Assembly (NCBI GenBank): GCA_017991775.1
Contig: JAGOPV010000002.1
Location: 2,360-66,359 of the forward strand
Direction of reading: 5' to 3'
Source: Candidatus Levyibacteriota bacterium
GTDB lineage: Bacteria > Patescibacteriota > Microgenomatia > Levybacterales > UBA12049
DNA: 64,000 nt
In this document: piece after piece, positions 29,229-37,857 of the stretch
Position numbering within the stretch: the first letter of the stretch is position 1
Layout: every line of letters begins with the position of its first letter
Program-made: the position numbers and the translations under genes
Notes under the pieces: generated by a model
Told to the model about the DNA's origin: nothing
Seen by the model: the letters and a program-made list of their open reading frames with translations, nothing else
The model's database searches: none

Positions 29229-32183
29229 TCAGTTGGTAGCTGCCGACTGTACGCTGTCACCCTGTGCTTCTTTAAATTCTCTCAATAAAAGATTGTAGTC
29301 AAATTGATTGACCTTGCCATCATCATTAAAGTCAGCTTGTGCAAACTGTTCTTGGTTGCAGGCAACAGCAGGGGCGTAGTCGCTATAGCAGCCAATCATG
29401 ATGTTGTAGTCTGCACCATCTAACACGTTGTCGTTATTTGCATCCCCAGCAACGAGTGGGTCAGGAGTAGCTACTGATTCTTCGCCGTTTGAGATTGCAA
29501 TTGGCCCATTTGAAATTTGCTTTGCTAAGTACTTGTTAGCTTGGACAACAACGAGGTATTCATCAGATTCAAAGTCCTTACCTAGATTAGCGCTACCTCT
29601 GTAGACCTGTTCACCTTCAGCATAGATAAATGTTTCGGTCTTTTTTACTACAAGTGCTTTCGTATCTTTGTTGTAGATCATGATATCTGCGAGAATATTT
29701 TTGTTCTCTGGATTTTTATTACTGAGAGAGTTAGCAGTTGGATTGGTACTGTCACCTGCAGATCCAATGCCATCAAGTTTAAGAATTACTTTAAATGTCG
29801 TTGTATTCGGATCAGTCGCAGTTGGAGTAGGAGTCAATGTAGGTGTTGGAGTCAGTGTTGGACTTGGAGTCATAGTCGCAGTTGGAGTGATGGTGATAGT
29901 AACTCCAGGCTTAGGAGTAGCTGTGGGTGTAGGTGTTAGTGTTGGAGTAGGAGTCAATGTAGGTGTTGGAGTCAGCGTTGGTGTAGCAACCGGCTTCTTA
30001 GTTGGAACTGGGGTCTTTGTTGGTGCAATGGTTGGCTTTTTTGTTGGTACAGCAGTAGGTGCTTTTGTAGGAACCTTGGTGGGAGCTGAAGTCACGATCT
30101 TAGTAGGTACAGCTGTAGGCTTCTTCGTTGGAGTTACACAAAGCAAAGGGTTGGCAATACAAGGTCCTGCGAGAGTAGGAGTTGGTTTCTTGGTAGGTGT
30201 CACGCAGAGAAGTGGATTAGCAATACATGGCCCAGATAGCGTTGGTGTAGGCTTCTTTGTTGGAGTAGCTGTAGGCTTCTTCGTAGGCGTTACACAGAGC
30301 AGTGGATTGGCAGTGCATGGTCCAGAGAGAGTCGGAGTGGGAACTTTATAAATTGCAAAATCACGTGTAATATTTTTTGTTGTACCGCCGACGTATGCAC
30401 CAACAATGGTGGTTCCCTGCCAGCCACTTGGAGCTGTGACTTTAACATCGTAGTCACCAGGAGCTAGACTACTGAATTGATATGCCCCTGAGATACCCGT
30501 GGCCACTGTGCGAGATGCAGTTTTGGATAGGCCGATACTTACACCAGAGACCGTTGTTTCAGAAGCATCTTTCACTTTATTCTTATTAGCATCATTGAAG
30601 ACAACGCCTTTGATGATATTGTCACTAGGACCTGCAGTTGAGCGTAGTTTTATTTCTACGTTGACTATCTCCGCAGAATTAATGTTGGCAGGTGGCTTGA
30701 TACCAGTTACAGGGTTATTTGAGACAACCTCATATGTTGAAGGTGGTTCTACTTTTAGCGTATATGAAGTAGAGGTATTCAGGCTTGAGAAGCTGTAAGC
30801 TCCACCGCTTTTTGAGAGCGTACTAGAGGATCCCGTACCCAACTGTGGTGTTAGTACAAGTCTTACATTTTCACCTTCGTAGGCTCGCTTAGCCGTGCCG
30901 CTTACAACGAAGATTGTTCCTTTAACTACTCCAATTCCAGCAGGTTTAGTCGGAGTAGGAGTGGAGGTGCTCGGCTTGATGAGCGTGAAGTTGTATGACT
31001 TTATGCTTGCAGCAGTAGTAAGTGCGATCGCTGCAGAGTTAGATGGAGTAAATCCAGTCTTTGACGCTACGAGGTTGTAAGTACCAGATTTCGGAAGTGT
31101 CAATGTATATGCACCACTTGAATTAGTAGATGAAACAGATTGATCACCAAGCTCTTTTGTCTTGATAGTTACTCCAGATATGATTGCTCCCATCTTATCC
31201 TTCACGGTACCAGTGATCTTGTATGCGACAGGCGTTGGTGTTGTGCAAAGCAAAGGGTTAGCAATACAAGGTCCTGAAAGAGTTGGTGAAGGTGTAACTG
31301 AGCTAGCGAGAGTAAAATTAACAGTTTTTGATGTAGCTGCTGGTGTAAGCGAGATTGTCGAGGTGAGTGCATTGCTGTAGCCTGATTTTTGTGCGAGAAG
31401 GATGAAGGAATATGTGCTTGCTGAGGATGAGAGTGTTAGGGTATATAGACCGTTTGCGTTAGTCTGGGCAAATACATTTGAGTTAGATGTCGCATAGACT
31501 TTTGCACTTCCAACTGGTGAGCCTGCTTTGTCTTTTACAGTCCCAGTTATTCGATATGTTGTAACAACAGGTTTCTTCGTTGGTACTTTTGTAGCTGGAG
31601 GTACAGACGTTGGTAGAGGTTTCTTCGTTGGTACTTTTGTAGCTGGAGGTACAGACGTTGGTAGAGGTTTCTTCGTTGGTACTTTTGTAGCTGGAGGTAC
31701 AGACGTTGGTAGAGGTTTCTTCGTTGGTACTTTTGTAGCTGGAGGTACAGACGTTGGTAGAGGTTTCTTCGTTGGTATAGGCGTAGCAGGTACAGCTGCT
31801 GCGGCTAGGTAGAAGTACTGATTTGCTGTATTTGAAGTTGTTGAGAGGTAAATAGATCGTGATTGGCTGACGCCTCGGGTCGAGCCTGCAGTGATGAAGA
31901 TGTATTTGCCTGTAGTAAACGAGTAGCTGTAGCAGTTGCTTGTTGGATAGACAGTGCTGTAGCCTGAGATTGAAATCCATGGACTACTTCCACCAGATGG
32001 GGGATAGACGCAGACTGAGAATTTAGCGATTGAGATCTTCTGTTGTTGAGTCTGGGCACTTGTTATTGGAGCAAAGCTAGACGATGTGAGGATGATGCTC
32101 AGTATCAATGAGATGGCAAGGACACCTTTTAATGGAACGGAGAATATATTTTTGATCAAAGGAAGGACAGCTGATTTTCTCAT
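29229..32183 (-). CDS. giant repeat-rich cell-surface protein (Cna-B/SdrD-B-like domains, PT-rich linkers, dockerin-like C-terminus)
   Basis: 984 aa. Signal peptide. Repeated YKITGTVKDK...G.Y.L prealbumin-like domains. PT-rich linkers KKPLPTSVPPATKVPT x4 and TLSGPCIANPLLCVTPTKKPTP x4-5. C-terminal DANNDNVLDGADYN ... DFNDDGKVNQFDYN dockerin-type Ca-binding repeats. Confidence 0.6.
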   Translation of the reverse strand: MRKSAVLPLIKNIFSVPLKGVLAISLILSIILTSSSFAPITSAQTQQQKISIAKFSVCVYPPSGGSSPWISISGYSTVYPTSNCYSYSFTTGKYIFITAGSTRGVSQSRSIYLSTTSNTANQYFYLAAAAVPATPIPTKKPLPTSVPPATKVPTKKPLPTSVPPATKVPTKKPLPTSVPPATKVPTKKPLPTSVPPATKVPTKKPVVTTYRITGTVKDKAGSPVGSAKVYATSNSNVFAQTNANGLYTLTLSSSASTYSFILLAQKSGYSNALTSTISLTPAATSKTVNFTLASSVTPSPTLSGPCIANPLLCTTPTPVAYKITGTVKDKMGAIISGVTIKTKELGDQSVSSTNSSGAYTLTLPKSGTYNLVASKTGFTPSNSAAIALTTAASIKSYNFTLIKPSTSTPTPTKPAGIGVVKGTIFVVSGTAKRAYEGENVRLVLTPQLGTGSSSTLSKSGGAYSFSSLNTSTSYTLKVEPPSTYEVVSNNPVTGIKPPANINSAEIVNVEIKLRSTAGPSDNIIKGVVFNDANKNKVKDASETTVSGVSIGLSKTASRTVATGISGAYQFSSLAPGDYDVKVTAPSGWQGTTIVGAYVGGTTKNITRDFAIYKVPTPTLSGPCTANPLLCVTPTKKPTATPTKKPTPTLSGPCIANPLLCVTPTKKPTPTLAGPCIANPLLCVTPTKKPTAVPTKIVTSAPTKVPTKAPTAVPTKKPTIAPTKTPVPTKKPVATPTLTPTPTLTPTPTLTPTPTATPKPGVTITITPTATMTPSPTLTPTPTLTPTPTATDPNTTTFKVILKLDGIGSAGDSTNPTANSLSNKNPENKNILADIMIYNKDTKALVVKKTETFIYAEGEQVYRGSANLGKDFESDEYLVVVQANKYLAKQISNGPIAISNGEESVATPDPLVAGDANNDNVLDGADYNIMIGCYSDYAPAVACNQEQFAQADFNDDGKVNQFDYNLLLREFKEAQGDSVQSAATN
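31570..31770. repeat. perfect 48-bp tandem repeat x4 (encodes KKPLPTSVPPATKVPT) inside the surface-protein gene
   Basis: GGTTTCTTCGTTGGTACTTTTGTAGCTGGAGGTACAGACGTTGGTAGA repeated head-to-tail without mismatches. Confidence 0.85.
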
Positions 32184-32244
32184 AAATACTTTACGACATT
32201 TTTAGCGTATCAAGTGTGCAGAGTAGTGTCAATGAGCTCCGGGT

Positions 32245-32338
32245 ATCAGTTCTCGGTTTTCGGTTTTCAGTCCATTTTGAATACCACCTTGTGGACCGAT
32301 AACTGACAACGGAAAACGGAAAACCGGTGTGCTATACT
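32245..32338 (+). promoter_or_regulatory. leaderless-type promoter module: ATCAGTTCTC-(CGGTTTT)x2 ... inverted AAAACNG repeats ... TATACTGCAA, 6 nt before the ATG
   Basis: ATCAGTTCTCGGTTTTCGGTTTTCAG at 32245-32270, CTGACAACGGAAAACGGAAAACCG at 32303-32326 and TATACT at 32333-32338, with the ATG at 32345. Shares 17-nt exact blocks with the module at 58811-58943. Confidence 0.5.
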
Positions 32339-32344
32339 GCAAAA

Positions 32345-32917
32345 ATGGTGCTATCAGACAGAGATATTAAGGTTCGGCTCAAAAGCAATAGTGTCGTAAT
32401 TAAGCCTGCACCCGATCTTGCTGAGCAGCTCGGAAGTAATTCCATAGATTTGCGTCTCGGGAATATCTTCAGAGTTTTCGATCACAGTAAGTTTGCGTAC
32501 ATTGACCCAACTGACAAGCAAACCTCTCAAGATGTAACTCGAGAAGTAGTTGTTAAGAAGGGTGAGCGCTTTATAATTCAGCCAGGTGATTTTGTCTTAG
32601 GTACTACAATGGAGCATATCGAAGTCCCGGATGATCTTGTCGGGAGTCTCGAAGGTAGATCAAGCATAGGGAGACTTGGAGTTATCATTCATTCAACCGC
32701 AGCCAGTATTGAATGTGGGTTTAGGGGGCATATCACACTAGAGCTTGCGAACATGGGCAAAATGCCAGTTGCGCTTTATCCTGGTATGCGTATCTGTTCA
32801 CTCGCATTCTCTGAGCTATCTTCACCTGCTGAGGTCCCATACTATAAGAAAAAGAATGCTAAGTATGCTGGACAGGAAGGTCCAGGGGAGTCCAAAATCC
32901 ATAAAGAGCTAAAGTAG
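32345..32917 (+). CDS. dcd: dCTP deaminase
   Basis: DLRLGN...GERFIIQPGDFVLGTTMEHIEVPDDLVGSLEGRSSIGRLG...HSTAA.IE.GF.G.ITLEL matches the dcd signature. The ORF-track start at 32327 is a GTG; the ATG at 32345 sits 6 nt after a TATACT box. Confidence 0.75.
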   Translation: MVLSDRDIKVRLKSNSVVIKPAPDLAEQLGSNSIDLRLGNIFRVFDHSKFAYIDPTDKQTSQDVTREVVVKKGERFIIQPGDFVLGTTMEHIEVPDDLVGSLEGRSSIGRLGVIIHSTAASIECGFRGHITLELANMGKMPVALYPGMRICSLAFSELSSPAEVPYYKKKNAKYAGQEGPGESKIHKELK

Positions 32918-32971
32918 TTTGATCTAGAAAATCCTCTTGTTACTCCTCCCATCCTTCACTATACTGACCAA

Positions 32972-33511
32972 ATGATTCTTGGCCCCGAAATACTTCTGAA
33001 GCTAGTTAAGACAAAAAAACTTGTAGAGAATTTGTCAGAGCGTGAACTGACCAACCCAGAAGGTGCGGGCTTCGATTTTAGACTTGGTGAGGTCTATAAA
33101 ATCTCTGGTAAATCTTTCTTAGGTGTGACTGAGCGTCAGACTGCTGATATAGAGTTGGTTGAGAAGTATGTGGAGGGGGAGACTCGCAGTATTACGATCA
33201 AGCCGGGGGATTTTTACCTTGTCAAGACGATTGAGACTGTGAATATGCCAGTTAATTTAACTGCTAACATAAAGCCCCGCTCTACGACATTCAGGAGTGG
33301 TATTTTTCTTCGAACTGGCAATATTGCTCCTGGTTATTCTGGGGGTCTTACGTTTGCATTAAAGAATGAAGGATCCATAAATGTAGTAATTGAGATGGGT
33401 GCCCGTATTATCCATGTGCAGTTTGAAGAAGTTTTAGGGAAAGGCAATAAGTATAGAGGCCAATGGCAGGGTGGAAGAGTCAGCGCTACTAAAAAAGAAA
33501 CACAAGTCTAA
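32972..33511 (+). CDS. dCTP deaminase / dUTPase-family paralog (archaeal-type dUTPase-like)
   Basis: Same jelly-roll family: DFRLGEVY...IKPGDFYLVKTIETVNMP...KPRSTTFRSGIF. Confidence 0.55.
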   Translation: MILGPEILLKLVKTKKLVENLSERELTNPEGAGFDFRLGEVYKISGKSFLGVTERQTADIELVEKYVEGETRSITIKPGDFYLVKTIETVNMPVNLTANIKPRSTTFRSGIFLRTGNIAPGYSGGLTFALKNEGSINVVIEMGARIIHVQFEEVLGKGNKYRGQWQGGRVSATKKETQV

Positions 33512-33512
33512 A

Positions 33513-34388
33513 ATGTCTGCAGAAGTACCTCAACATTCTGCCATAACTACCCCTGTCGATCGGCAACGTCTCCATGATGCATACGCACAGTCCCCAGCAG
33601 GCGAGTACTTATCTCAGCGTGCAAGATATGATGCGTATCGACCAGCAAGCACTTCCGTAGAGGAATGGCAAGATCTCCTCGGAGCAGACGTGAACAATCT
33701 AGACCACATGTTAGTTACTGTTCAAGTTGCTTCAACTTTTTTAAGACTTTCTCGAATGCAGGAGACTCCAAACACATCTTCTCCATTTAGTACAGATGAT
33801 GAAAATGATCTCCTGCTCGCGGCCGCTATCCATGATTGGGGTGAGGGCGTTGAGGGTTGTGAGGATATAACATGGCGAAAAAAGACAAGTGGTGACAATC
33901 TCCGCGAGAGGGATGCAATGCATATCGTTATTCAGGATGTGGCTGCTCGATATTCTGATGATGAAGATGAAAAGGCAGAAGTTCACTCTCAGCTCAAAAG
34001 AGTAGCTGATGAGATCGTATTTAATAAGGAGTCAAGACTAGGTAGAGCGTTCGACGCTATTGAGCGAGTGGGATATTTACGTACTGCAGTTCGCTCCTGG
34101 AGAGAACAAGCCGATGTCAAGAATCCAGACATGATGGATACTCTGCAGTGGATATCGGCAGATGTTCTTGCCCTCCATACAATTCCACTTCTTAGTCATT
34201 CTCAGGATCATTTTCCCGTTCTGGCGATGCTTGCTCAAAATGAGTCATACATATCTGACGCATTTGCATTAATGCCTGACAGTGTTTTTGAGATGTATGA
34301 TGACGATGAGAAAGAGCAGATGCGCGACAAATTTATGGCTGCAAAGTCTGCCTGGGGAAGTCCTGATACAGTAATACATCTTAATTAG
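33513..34388 (+). CDS. HD-domain protein, YfbR-like 5'-deoxynucleotidase candidate
   Basis: NLDHMLVTV ... LAAAIHDWGEGVEGCEDIT resembles the YfbR metal-binding H...HD...D motifs. Start taken at the Met after the preceding stop. Confidence 0.4.
   Translation: MSAEVPQHSAITTPVDRQRLHDAYAQSPAGEYLSQRARYDAYRPASTSVEEWQDLLGADVNNLDHMLVTVQVASTFLRLSRMQETPNTSSPFSTDDENDLLLAAAIHDWGEGVEGCEDITWRKKTSGDNLRERDAMHIVIQDVAARYSDDEDEKAEVHSQLKRVADEIVFNKESRLGRAFDAIERVGYLRTAVRSWREQADVKNPDMMDTLQWISADVLALHTIPLLSHSQDHFPVLAMLAQNESYISDAFALMPDSVFEMYDDDEKEQMRDKFMAAKSAWGSPDTVIHLN
34363..34382. repeat. 20-bp direct repeat, copy 1 (CTGATACAGTAATACATCTT)
   Basis: Exact 20-mer repeated at 36348-36367. The two copies bracket the ASCH + GNAT-ASCH cassette. 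Confidence 0.9.
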
Positions 34389-34409
34389 TTGCTCTGCTAT
34401 AATCTAAAT

Positions 34410-34751
34410 ATGAAAATCCATGAACTAAAACTTGCTACGACACCATTTGAATCAATTAAATCAGGGGGTAAAATAATTGAGTCACGCCTTTTTGATGAGA
34501 GGAGAAAAGAAATTGAGATAGGGGATGAATTGAGGTTTATAAATCGCGATCATCCACAGAGTATTATTCGAGCAAAGGTTATTGATCTTATGAGGTACAG
34601 ATCATTTGAAGAAATGTTTAAAGATAATAACCCGTCAGATTTCGGTGGAGAATCAGTAGATTGGCTTATGAAACAAATTAGAGAATTTTATTCTCCTGAA
34701 GATGAAATGAAAGATGGAGTCCTAGGAATTTTGTTTAAGCTACTTAATTAG
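34410..34751 (+). CDS. ASCH-domain protein (YqfB-like, PUA-like fold)
   Basis: MKIHELKLATTPFESIKSGGKIIESRLFDERR...IGDELRF is the typical ASCH beta-barrel start. Confidence 0.5.
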   Translation: MKIHELKLATTPFESIKSGGKIIESRLFDERRKEIEIGDELRFINRDHPQSIIRAKVIDLMRYRSFEEMFKDNNPSDFGGESVDWLMKQIREFYSPEDEMKDGVLGILFKLLN

Positions 34752-34868
34752 CTACTACTATATACCCCAAAATTTTTACTTAGAATTGTAATCTATCCCA
34801 TAATATGATATATTTCAGATCTTACTTTTAGTGGCAATCACTGCCACACTCGAGAAAAGGAGAGCACC

Positions 34869-36215
34869 TTGTCTGTACTATCGGTCGAAAATGGAATCTC
34901 TGTTCGCAAAGCATGCGATGAGGATTTCGAATGGGTTGCAAATCTCATGGAGGTGGCATTAGCCCCCTACTACGGAGGCGACCACCGGGCACATGCTCGG
35001 AGGATTTTCGATACTCACATTCATGGAGGGATTGACTACGTCGGTCATTTCTCGGCAGGACAACATATGTTTGTTGCCGAGGCTGAAGGTAAGAAAGTCG
35101 GTCTGATTCATCTGGTTGAAAAAAAGCAGGCAACTGTTAAAATCAGCCCGTTGATCGTGGACCCGGAGTTCCAGGGGGTACTTGGAGTTGGTAGCGTTCT
35201 TCTAGCGTATGCGGAAGTATTCGCAGATGAGTTAGGCGCTCGTCAACTCTACTGTACTGTCGCAAGTCCGAATAAATTAGCACTGAAGTTCTTTCTCAAA
35301 AAAGGCTTCAGAATCACAGGAACTGCGAAGGATCATTACAAGTTGGGAGTCGATGAGCACATGCTTTACAAGCAGCTTGTTGATGATCAGGGGATGACTG
35401 CTCCAAACGTTTCTGTTGTACCATTCGATGCTGAAAAGCACTCCGATGGTGTTCGCCGCCTTGTGCTAGAAGGCCTTACGGGCAATTTCCTTGGCGTCGA
35501 TGACGACTGGGTTGATGCTCTATACGAGGGATATAAGCGAAGGGGCAGCGACGACATCAATACAAAGTACAAGATCATCTTTGTCGCCGAGAGTGGCGGT
35601 GAGGTCATGGGGGTCGCTGGCGCGACGCCTAAGAAAGGAGATCCAATTAAACTGATGCCTCTTGTTGCAGCGAATGAAGCTGCATTTGAGGCGTTGATCA
35701 TTGATCTTCAAGGTCTCTTGATGGACTACGGTCATAAGCTGTACGTTCATCTTGTTCCGGAAGCATGGCAAATTGCCTGTCTTCAACGTCACGGATGGAT
35801 TCTTGAGGGTGTGTTCCCAGGTGGGTATGCACCAACAAGCGTCGTACAACAATGGGGTCATACCCTAAAACAGGAGGGATCTGCAGTGAGAACTATGCGA
35901 ATCAAACGACCCTACTACGACCTCATCATGAGTCGCAAGAAGACTCTCGAGGTACGTGTTGGGTACGACAGCATCAGGAGGATCGAGGTCGGAGACAAAA
36001 TCCGTCTCGAAACCTCTCAAGTTTCTGGCATGATTCAGGTCGAAGCCATTCGGACATACAAGAGCTTTCGCAGCATGTTGGATGTTGAGCCATGGCAGCA
36101 GATCGTGCCGGATGTCCAGGATCGTGTAGAGGCTCTCAGGAAGCTCGAGGAGATCTATCCCGCGCCAAAAGAAGCGCTGGGAGTATATGTCTTTGAGATT
36201 GCTGTTAGTAAGTAA
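34869..36215 (+). CDS. GNAT-GNAT-ASCH fusion protein (tandem acetyltransferase domains plus C-terminal ASCH domain), GC-rich
   Basis: The GNAT core is VGLIHLVEKKQATVKISPLIVDPEFQGVLGVGSVLL...GFRITG. A second acetyltransferase-fold domain follows. The C-terminal MRIKRPYYDLIMSRKKTLEVRVGYDSIRRIEVGDKIRLET... is ASCH-like. GC is well above the window average. Confidence 0.55.
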   Translation: MSVLSVENGISVRKACDEDFEWVANLMEVALAPYYGGDHRAHARRIFDTHIHGGIDYVGHFSAGQHMFVAEAEGKKVGLIHLVEKKQATVKISPLIVDPEFQGVLGVGSVLLAYAEVFADELGARQLYCTVASPNKLALKFFLKKGFRITGTAKDHYKLGVDEHMLYKQLVDDQGMTAPNVSVVPFDAEKHSDGVRRLVLEGLTGNFLGVDDDWVDALYEGYKRRGSDDINTKYKIIFVAESGGEVMGVAGATPKKGDPIKLMPLVAANEAAFEALIIDLQGLLMDYGHKLYVHLVPEAWQIACLQRHGWILEGVFPGGYAPTSVVQQWGHTLKQEGSAVRTMRIKRPYYDLIMSRKKTLEVRVGYDSIRRIEVGDKIRLETSQVSGMIQVEAIRTYKSFRSMLDVEPWQQIVPDVQDRVEALRKLEEIYPAPKEALGVYVFEIAVSK

Positions 36216-36347
36216 TCAAACCTAGCGAGAATCGCATTCTCGATTGGCAATAGCCAGTAAATATGCGAGTGTCCTGGATCATGACACTGAAGCCACTGAG
36301 CTTCAAAAAACTGATCCGCTTTTTTTTAAAAATTCGGCTATTCATCA

Positions 36348-36367
36348 CTGATACAGTAATACATCTT
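36348..36367. repeat. 20-bp direct repeat, copy 2 (CTGATACAGTAATACATCTT)
   Basis: Exact match to 34363-34382. Confidence 0.9.
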
Positions 36368-36378
36368 GAAAAAGAGGT

Positions 36379-37368
36379 GTGAAAGAGTTACAAACTAACT
36401 GCATGAGTTCATCTCAAAAACATCCAGAATACGCATATCTAGACCTCATCGAAGAAGTTCTTAAGACTGGTATTAAGAATGTCGATCGTGGCACAGGAGC
36501 TGTTTCATATAGTCATTTTGGACGACAAATTCGCTTTGATCTTTCCAAAGGCTTCCCACTTCTCACCACAAAGAAAGTTTACTGGAAAGGAGTACTTCAT
36601 GAGCTCGCGTGGTTTATGAAAGGGGACTCAAATATTAAATATCTTGTCGATAATAACGTTCATATTTGGGATGACTATCCATACAAGATTTTTAAGGAAA
36701 AAAATAAAACCTCAAAAGTCACAAAAGAAGAATTCATTGAAAAGATCGCAAGCAATAATGCATTCGCAAAGAAATGGGGTAATCTTGCGCATATTTATGG
36801 TGAGAGCTGGAGACGTTGGCCTACAGGGACTGCTCGGGTAATAGATCAGCTCCGATGGGTCGTAAATGAGTTGACGGATGATCCTGATGCGAGAAATGCA
36901 ATAGTGACATCGTGGGATCCAAAATATCTTTACTCAATGGCGCTTAAGAAAGACGCAAATCGATTCCCCATTTGTCATAACATGTATCACGTCAGTATTA
37001 AGGATGGCAAGCTTTATCTGCAGCTTTATCAAAGAAGTGCTGATCTTTTTCTTGGAGTGCCTTTCAATATCGCGAGTTATGCATTGCTGACAATTATTCT
37101 TGCGAGAGTGCTGAAATTGGAGCCGGGAGAATTTATTCATACATTCGGCGATGCGCATATTTATGAGAACCACATTGAGCAAGTAAAAGAGCAGCTAACT
37201 CGCAAGCCAAAGCCTCTCCCAACTCTCATTTTAGATAAAAAAATAACTGATATTGATAATTTTAAGCCAGAGCTAGTCACGCTTGAAGGATATGATCCGC
37301 ATCCAGGTCTCAAGGGCGAATTAACAGTCGCCGGGGGCTTCTTCGAGAAGAAGAGAAAGAAGTCCTGA
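36379..37368 (+). CDS. thyA: thymidylate synthase (ThyA, with a roughly 50-aa insertion and a basic C-terminal tail)
   Basis: Catalytic Cys in PICHNMYH, YQRSADLFLGVPFNIASYALL, GDAHIYENH and the EGYDPHPG.K C-terminus. Confidence 0.85.
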   Translation: MKELQTNCMSSSQKHPEYAYLDLIEEVLKTGIKNVDRGTGAVSYSHFGRQIRFDLSKGFPLLTTKKVYWKGVLHELAWFMKGDSNIKYLVDNNVHIWDDYPYKIFKEKNKTSKVTKEEFIEKIASNNAFAKKWGNLAHIYGESWRRWPTGTARVIDQLRWVVNELTDDPDARNAIVTSWDPKYLYSMALKKDANRFPICHNMYHVSIKDGKLYLQLYQRSADLFLGVPFNIASYALLTIILARVLKLEPGEFIHTFGDAHIYENHIEQVKEQLTRKPKPLPTLILDKKITDIDNFKPELVTLEGYDPHPGLKGELTVAGGFFEKKRKKS

Positions 37369-37385
37369 GGATACATTAGTTATTT

Positions 37386-37856
37386 ATGCACGAGAATCAT
37401 CCAAATGAAGGCGAGCAGGTAATACCTACTGTGGCGGCAGTAATATTTTGTGATGGAAAAGTTCTCTTAGTAACACATGGAGAAGGATCTGGACATGTAA
37501 ATGGAGTTATGGGCTTGCCTTCTGGCCATGTAGAGGATGGAGAGGGAGAATTAGTTGCGGCAATTCGAGAGATTCAGGAAGAGACGGGACTTCTCGTAGA
37601 CAAAAGCTCAATCCATGAGTTTGAAGGAAATTATTTTATTGCAAAAATATTGAGAAAAGACGGTGTGACACGGACGTACGGATGGCGGGTTTATAAGGTG
37701 GAGGATTTTGAAGGGAAAATAAATGAAGGGAGTGAGGAAGTAATTCCTCAATGGGTATCTATTCAAGAAATAACTGCTTTGGATGCGGAAGGTAAACTGT
37801 TGCCAAATGTATCAACGGCTATAAATAATGCATTGAAGTCAAAGGTGACGAATTAA
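37386..37856 (+). CDS. NUDIX hydrolase
   Basis: Nudix box GHVEDGEGELVAAIREIQEETGL. Confidence 0.7.
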   Translation: MHENHPNEGEQVIPTVAAVIFCDGKVLLVTHGEGSGHVNGVMGLPSGHVEDGEGELVAAIREIQEETGLLVDKSSIHEFEGNYFIAKILRKDGVTRTYGWRVYKVEDFEGKINEGSEEVIPQWVSIQEITALDAEGKLLPNVSTAINNALKSKVTN

Positions 37857-37857
37857 C

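Noticed and set aside
29680-30351. 223-aa + ORF full of GVGV repeats, and ORFs 30499..30798, 30895..31080, 31162..31380, 31528..31812 (+) and 31483..31980, 31805..32059 (-)
   Set aside because: All are alternative or antisense frames of the long, repetitive surface-protein gene 29229..32183 (-). The repeat structure inflates the spurious ORFs.
31570-31770. Possible CRISPR array (regular 48-bp repeats)
   Set aside because: The repeats are directly adjacent with no spacers and lie in-frame inside a coding sequence (PT-rich linker). It is a protein tandem repeat, not CRISPR.
33513-34388. Assigning the gene symbol yfbR to the HD protein
   Set aside because: Only the HD...D core is recognisable. 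Without profile searches the specific subfamily cannot be asserted, so the symbol was left empty.
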